A stretch of 62,901 bases of DNA, counting the filler, from Craspedostauros australis (lineage: Eukaryota): NCBI GenBank assembly GCA_030167865.1. It is 9 parts of 9 records of this genome, joined end to end, with 100 filler letters (N's around TTAATTAATTAA, not from the genome) between each part and the next. Parts side by side here need not be neighbours in the genome. Positions count along the whole stretch, not along the records: positions 57,236 to 62,901 come from JALAGF010003834.1; 8 more parts are not named here. One strand, 5' to 3'. The stretch's first letter is position 1. Every line of letters starts with the position of its first letter. Below, piece after piece: positions 57,236-62,901 of this stretch. Position numbers and translations under genes: made by a program. Under the pieces are notes generated by a model. That model was not told the origin of the DNA, did not search any database, and saw only the letters and a program-made list of their open reading frames with translations.

Positions 57236-58957
57236 GGTGATGGCAGGCGCGTCCGTGCGTCCACCAGCAACCCTGGTTCGAACGCGAACATGACGATTCA
57301 AGTGTACAGTGGCGACAGTTGCGACATGTTGGAGTGTGAAGGAGCAACGTATCATGAGGATGTCATCGAATTCAAGTTCAACGGTATAGGCTATACTGTG
57401 ATGGGACACCGAGATGTCGATTGGAAAAGCACGCGCGGCCAACGGTACAATCTTTTCGTGCATGCGACTGACAATGACGCCAGCACCACGAGTATTCAGC
57501 ACGTCTTCGAACTGAGCATAACAGTTTTGAGATCTGTAGACACCTGTGACGGAGCTCGACCTGCTGGGGTCGGAAAGCGCATCAATTTGATTCTTGAAAA
57601 CGAATTGGGACCAGATATCACGGACTCTCGATGTGACGATCCGTCGGCGGATTGGTGGAACTTTCCTGGCGCTTGGTACACGGTTGTCGGAGATGGCACT
57701 ACGATGATGGCATCCACGTGCGGTGAAGTCACACACACTCGCAGCCCGTTCGACACCCAAGTGAGCGTGTACAGCGGTGCCTGCGGTGCGTTGAGTTGCG
57801 TTGGATCGAGTTATGATTACTGCAACGGCGACTCTCAGGTGACATGGCCAAGCGAAGCTGGGATCACTTACTACGTGCTGATCCGCCACCCCAAGCCCTT
57901 CTTTGATCAGGATGTTTTGGCCCTGCGCTCGGCATCACAGGCATCGAGTACCTGCTCCGGCATCGTCACAGCCCCGTTGGAGCTGAGAGATGACATGACG
58001 TTCGTCATGCCAACACCAACATCAAGTCCAACCGAAACAAACGTTGGCGGCGAGCAGGAAGGCCGGGAGGCCAATCGACCACCCGAATGCGAGTTCAAAT
58101 TCAGGTCATCATCCAGCAACGTTGCGTGGTTGACTGTGATGGGCAACGGCGGGTACATGATGGTGACCACGCGCGGCTTCGACACGAGATTCAACTCCAC
58201 AGTGGAAGTATATTCAGGACGGGACTGTGATCAGCTTGAATGCGTGGATGGTGCGATACAAGCACGAGTCAATGGATGGCTCAGCGAAGGTGGCGCGATG
58301 GTATTATCTTCTGCCCATGCGGATGGCTCATACATATGGCACGGTTCCATCTCGTGGCAGAGTACGTTGGGCGAGCCATACTTCATCCGCATCTCTGCTG
58401 TTCAATCCGATGAAAATGTTGGGAACAGCACCGAAGATGATGCTGAAGCCTCCGCTCGTCCCCGTGCGACGAACAGCAATACATCATCAGGCGGGTCGTT
58501 GGTATCGGTTGAAGTCAAGCCGGCGGTGATCAACGACCATTGCGAACGTGCAACTCTTCTGCACGAAGGCGACGAACTGCAAGGCAGCACGGCATTGGCA
58601 ATGATCGATGATATTGATCTTTGCCAAGCACGTGGGTATCCAACACGACCTTCCACACGTTCCGATTCACCTGGTGTATGGTACAAGATTCTTTCATCCG
58701 ACCTGCAAAGGACGCACTGGGGAATGCGGGTTACATTGTGTGAACTCATCAAGGATTTCAGAATGGCGATCTTTGTTGGTGATGATTGCAACAATCTCAG
58801 ATGCCTCGAGACTGCGGGCAAAAACACGATCGCATCCTGCGTGACATCTGATTTCCCGAAGGACATCGACGGAGACGTCTATCTTTTGCTTTCTGCAGAG
58901 TTCCGGACTGGAAATTTCCGCTTGAAGATTGACGAGCTGTACTTTTGGGATGTGTGA
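57236..58957 (+). CDS. 3' half of the Cys-rich tandem-domain gene (redundant assembly copy)
   Basis: Reverse complement of 48860-50581; starts exactly next to the single N at 50582. Confidence 0.85.
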   Translation, partial: GDGRRVRASTSNPGSNANMTIQVYSGDSCDMLECEGATYHEDVIEFKFNGIGYTVMGHRDVDWKSTRGQRYNLFVHATDNDASTTSIQHVFELSITVLRSVDTCDGARPAGVGKRINLILENELGPDITDSRCDDPSADWWNFPGAWYTVVGDGTTMMASTCGEVTHTRSPFDTQVSVYSGACGALSCVGSSYDYCNGDSQVTWPSEAGITYYVLIRHPKPFFDQDVLALRSASQASSTCSGIVTAPLELRDDMTFVMPTPTSSPTETNVGGEQEGREANRPPECEFKFRSSSSNVAWLTVMGNGGYMMVTTRGFDTRFNSTVEVYSGRDCDQLECVDGAIQARVNGWLSEGGAMVLSSAHADGSYIWHGSISWQSTLGEPYFIRISAVQSDENVGNSTEDDAEASARPRATNSNTSSGGSLVSVEVKPAVINDHCERATLLHEGDELQGSTALAMIDDIDLCQARGYPTRPSTRSDSPGVWYKILSSDLQRTHWGMRVTLCELIKDFRMAIFVGDDCNNLRCLETAGKNTIASCVTSDFPKDIDGDVYLLLSAEFRTGNFRLKIDELYFWDV

Positions 58958-59304
58958 TGATGCTAGTTTGGGCTGACAAATGAAACGGATAGACGGAGCG
59001 AACCCACACTCTAGCCCGTGCTTTAATTTATGCTCTCTCTCTCTCTCTCTCTCTCTAGAGTCAAGTTTGGCGCTATGGCACTATGGAGTTAACATTAGAT
59101 TGCATGAGTTCCGTGTGGTTGGAAGCCAACCAGCCTTGTGCTTGGCGAGCTATTCGTACCATGCATCGTAAACCGGATGGAGCATGCATGGACCACTCGT
59201 GTGAGGTTATCCATCGCGCACGGATGCAAGATGTGGAACTCGGACTTTGAAACGGCCAACAGCCTTCCTCCTTCGGACACGCTGGCAACAGGGGCTCAAC
59301 ACCT

Positions 59305-60143
59305 CTATGCGGGGAGCTCCGGTTGAATGATGCAGATGTAGTCGCCGCAGCCTTCAATGAGGAGCACTGCATCCGCCCGAAGAGATACATGATCGCTGTT
59401 GGCCCTGTGTGCCACTGCTGATGAGTGATACAAGTTGTTGTTCCCCGCGAGCTGGTTGATTCGGATACGTTGGGGGGACAAGGGGGCGTATTCAAGCGCC
59501 TTTCTTTCCATCGCGCCGGTGAGTTGGTTGGTCGATGCGAGAGTGGTGTCCACCTTAGCCCAGTCCAAACCTGAACCATTTTGGTCGATGTCATCCCTGA
59601 CAAGCTATTGTGTTATGGCGTGATGTACGATTGTATGACATGATATGATATGGTGGGCGTGTCGACATGGTATAGTACATACCAATGTATTACGTATGTC
59701 GGAAATTGAACAACAGGAGAACATCCGAGTATAGCAGAGTTGATTGGTGTGAGTCGCGCGTTCAGATCTGGCGGGCGGTTGCTGCACATCGATACCATAA
59801 CTCGACATGAATTACTTTCATATGATATCGCACAGTGATCGCAGGCGTCTCCATCCTTCGTTTCTCTTCCGATACTTACCGCAAGTTTGTCTTTCACGTC
59901 TCTCGCTTCTGCGACAGAGTCCGGACCTACTTGGCCTTGTTCGGTGGAGAACAAGGCCGTCGCAGCCTTGGTGTCAACTGGGCAAGTGATAGACGGCCCT
60001 TCTGCATGACGAGCCGCAGGCATGGTCGGGATCACGTTGATCGTGAACGCTTCAACGCCTGCGTTGCCGCTACCGCTGCCGCCGTGGAGATCCGTCAGGT
60101 ACAGAACGGCAAGGATGAGGGTTGGCATGGAGATGAGCTTCAT
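59305..60143 (-). CDS. Redundant copy of the small plastid-targeting-like gene
   Basis: Reverse complement of 47674-48512. Confidence 0.5.
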
Positions 60144-61558
60144 GGTGCTGATGCGTGGCTGGTTTGGTTTGGTTTTGCTGGGCTTGTTCGAATGGAGGAG
60201 CTACTCGCAGTAAGTATAATAGTACGTTGTTGAGCTTTGTTGGTGGAGATGTGATTTCCGATTTTATGAGAAGCTTCTTCGCATTCTTCGCATTGCTTTT
60301 GCCGCCATCGTTGGTCGTCACCTGGTCGGTGTTCGATGGGTGGGCTCTTCTCGCGATGTTTGAGCATGGATGGCATGTGTTTGTCACTTGGACCCCCTCT
60401 CAGTGTTGAGTAACGTCGATCCGGCTCAGAGAGCAAAGACCGCATGGAAAGACGAAACCACGAGACCGAACGGCAACAAGGATACGAGCACGATCCACGC
60501 ATACGACCACACACGACCAGTTGTAAGCGTAAGCGCTGAGCAACCAGCTTTCACCGGAACTCTTATTAAGGATGTCATTGCGAGCACGAGAGTAGCTCGT
60601 ATGGTGCGTGCATGACCGGGATGTACGATGGGAGGAGGTCAGGGCAACGCCCTTCCCTTCGTTGCGTTGCGTTGTGTTGTTCTTTCTTGTGCGCGGTTTG
60701 GTTTGGCGGAACTGCGGCAGGTCTTCCTATTGGCTTCATCCGGCTCTTATTGTTCCGGTGACTGTGTCTGCCTGGCGGAGACTTCATGGTGGCTGGATCT
60801 CGCTTCCGCCAATGTGCGCAGGGCGGAAGTGACAATGACATTGTGGCGGAGATTCGAATTTATGAGACGACAATATGTGATTCTTGTGGAACAAACGGCC
60901 TTGGCCGAAACATTTGTCAGGAATCGAGGGTGCGACTATGTCGTGTTATCCTAGGTTACCGCACCTCCCATATTACCAAAAATAGACTGACCAATCTACC
61001 AAAGTCGGACACACTCCCAAGTCGATTGTGAACCTTCCTCCTCTGTGTGTCAAGAGCATGGCGGACGATAGACAGACTAAAGGTGTGACATGTTTGAACT
61101 GATTGACAAACCAACATGGCGAATGATGGATGTAAAAGGGAGATTGGAACACCGAAGTGTTCCAAGCACGATGGTTGACCGGTTGAACTGAACATCTATG
61201 CAAAAACGCTATCAATGTTGTGTCAATCGGAACCCAGAACATGATTACATGACTGACAGAGAACCGGCAAAGGAGAACAATGCGCGGACTGGAACATCAT
61301 TGAAGGATTGACTCGATCGTGCCAGAACATAATGTTCTGAACCAAGTGTGACCACCAGTGAACATGTGAGAAGGGTGAGTGAACAACACGGAAGAGTGCA
61401 CTGAATGAGTGATGGATGCCTGATCAGAAGAGAGTGAATCCGACATCGGCATGCATGCACTGCAGGAGTGTAGGAGGAAACCTCTATGGACGAGCATGAT
61501 GAAATGCACCTGTCATGAGCAATGAGATGTGAATGATGGAGAGGGTTTGCTATGATGA

Positions 61559-62651
61559 TTGCAGGAGCAACTACAGGGCGCCATCAGCGTCATTGTGGGC
61601 AAACGACTTGAGGAATTGAGAAATGAAGATGTTGTTCTCACAGTTCTAAAACGGTACAGTTTAATAAGGATTAGACTACAGTATCAATACCCCGGATTTC
61701 CAACAATTGTCAATCTCTTCCTTGGTGAAGGTTCCATGGTGTACAACACTGCATTCAAGGGGAAAGGATTGATGAACTCCAAGTTGGAGTATTTCTAATT
61801 CCTTGCTGCATTTGCAACTCAAACGACATATCGCCAGACTGCGAAGGAGATGTATGATGTTCCCATCTTCCACCAGACACCAGGTTTTCCATCCAAAACA
61901 CACTACAATGAACTCTGGACGAGAATCGAGGCTGTTGGTGACCGTCCTGAGGTAGACAACCACAAGTACTTTTGGGAGGACCTTCAAGACGCCGTCAATG
62001 AAGTCTTTGAGAGGGTTGTTGCTTGTGAGATGCCAGGCAAACGGACAGTGACAATTGACAACGACAAATTGCTCTGCACAAGCACAGGAAAACGGGCTGG
62101 ATTGGCTCATCAAAGACACAAAGCTAGTAATAGATCTGGGTAAGTGAGCTTGTGGTTGCTTGATTCATGTCATCTTCCCCCCACAGGGCGTTGATACAAT
62201 CGCGATTGACGCGGCTGAAATATCCATCCATTACTCGCATTTCCCAAGTGTCCTACCAAACCAAATTCCTGCGTGGTTTCATACTTGTACCATACTCGTA
62301 CAAACCTTTTTGTCTTTGACCGTATTTCTTGTCGAACTACACATACGCAGAATTTCTGGACATACACTTGCCTTCACTCTATGTGGCATTGTGTGTGGCA
62401 TCAGCTTCATCCGGCAAAGCGAAAGGGACACATGTGCACCTGCTGTACACATAGCAATGAGGCAGCTTGGTCATCAATGCTCTCTCACCAACACTGTGAT
62501 CATGATGGACCATGGGTACAACAGAAGGCAGCTGAGCTCGCAGCTCCTTGGCAAAGCAACTGATCGTGAAGGAACGCACAAGCACTCTTCGGAGTTACCT
62601 TGTGGGTATGGTACTTATTCTCCACCGAACTTCAAATCAATGTGCCCCTGA
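61559..62651 (+). pseudogene. Decayed DDE transposase, piggyBac-like
   Basis: One frame runs 61559-62139 with an internal TAA (61796-61798). A putative GTAAGT..CAG intron (62140-62350) joins NRSG|ISGHTL. Motifs FWEDLQDAVN, VTIDNDK, IMMDHGY and GTHKH resemble xIDDDK / DRGY / GTxKR. Confidence 0.55.
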
Positions 62652-62901
62652 TGGGAATACCACGAATATAGTGGGCCACAATAGGCAAGCTATCGCCAGG
62701 CCAAGCTGTGACATGCCACACACGCTGTGGCCATGGCAAGGGTTTGATCACTATCACCTCTTCCAAAATGTGATTTGGTTCTGACATCACTCTACACAGT
62801 TCCAAGGACGAGGTAGCCTATCCCTTAATGGACCAGCCATAAAGGATCTGTCAGATCCATTATAAAGCCTCCGTGTTAAATTTCTACGGCTTTTTCCTAC
62901 C

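Noticed and set aside
47400..60416. Apparent triplication and inversion of the repeat-protein locus
   Set aside because: The copies are split by spacers, and the third begins exactly next to the single N (50582) of the first, which indicates redundant unitig paths or haplotigs.

Overview
This is eukaryotic nuclear DNA, most likely from a diatom, judged from GT-AG introns, a bipartite plastid-targeting-like presequence, and diatom-type gene and transposon families. It is not one locus: nine contigs are joined by eight artificial 100-nt spacers (N44-TTAATTAATTAA-N44), so neighbourhoods across spacers mean nothing, and contigs 4-6 and 7-9 are overlapping assembly paths. Genes found: an ER PDI/thioredoxin protein, two Patched/SSD-type membrane proteins, an MFS transporter, an Mx/dynamin-like GTPase, two RVxF...RGLE proteins, a Harbinger-type transposase, SRP68, a VRK/CK1-like kinase with two FHA-like domains, two tRNA-Thr(AGT) genes, a 7-repeat Cys-rich protein and a decayed piggyBac-like transposase. 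The strongest signal is hidden by the ORF track. The PDI gene (1188->224, minus strand) is split into three ORFs because its active site has an in-frame TGA (C-R-Q-G-[TGA]-G-Y-C, a UxxC motif), which makes it a probable selenoprotein. A strong stem-loop starts 6 nt after that UGA. I find no canonical SECIS in the 223 nt of available 3' flank, only an atypical SECIS-like fold inside the coding region, downstream of a -1 frame break. All family assignments come from motif recognition by eye; no searches were run.
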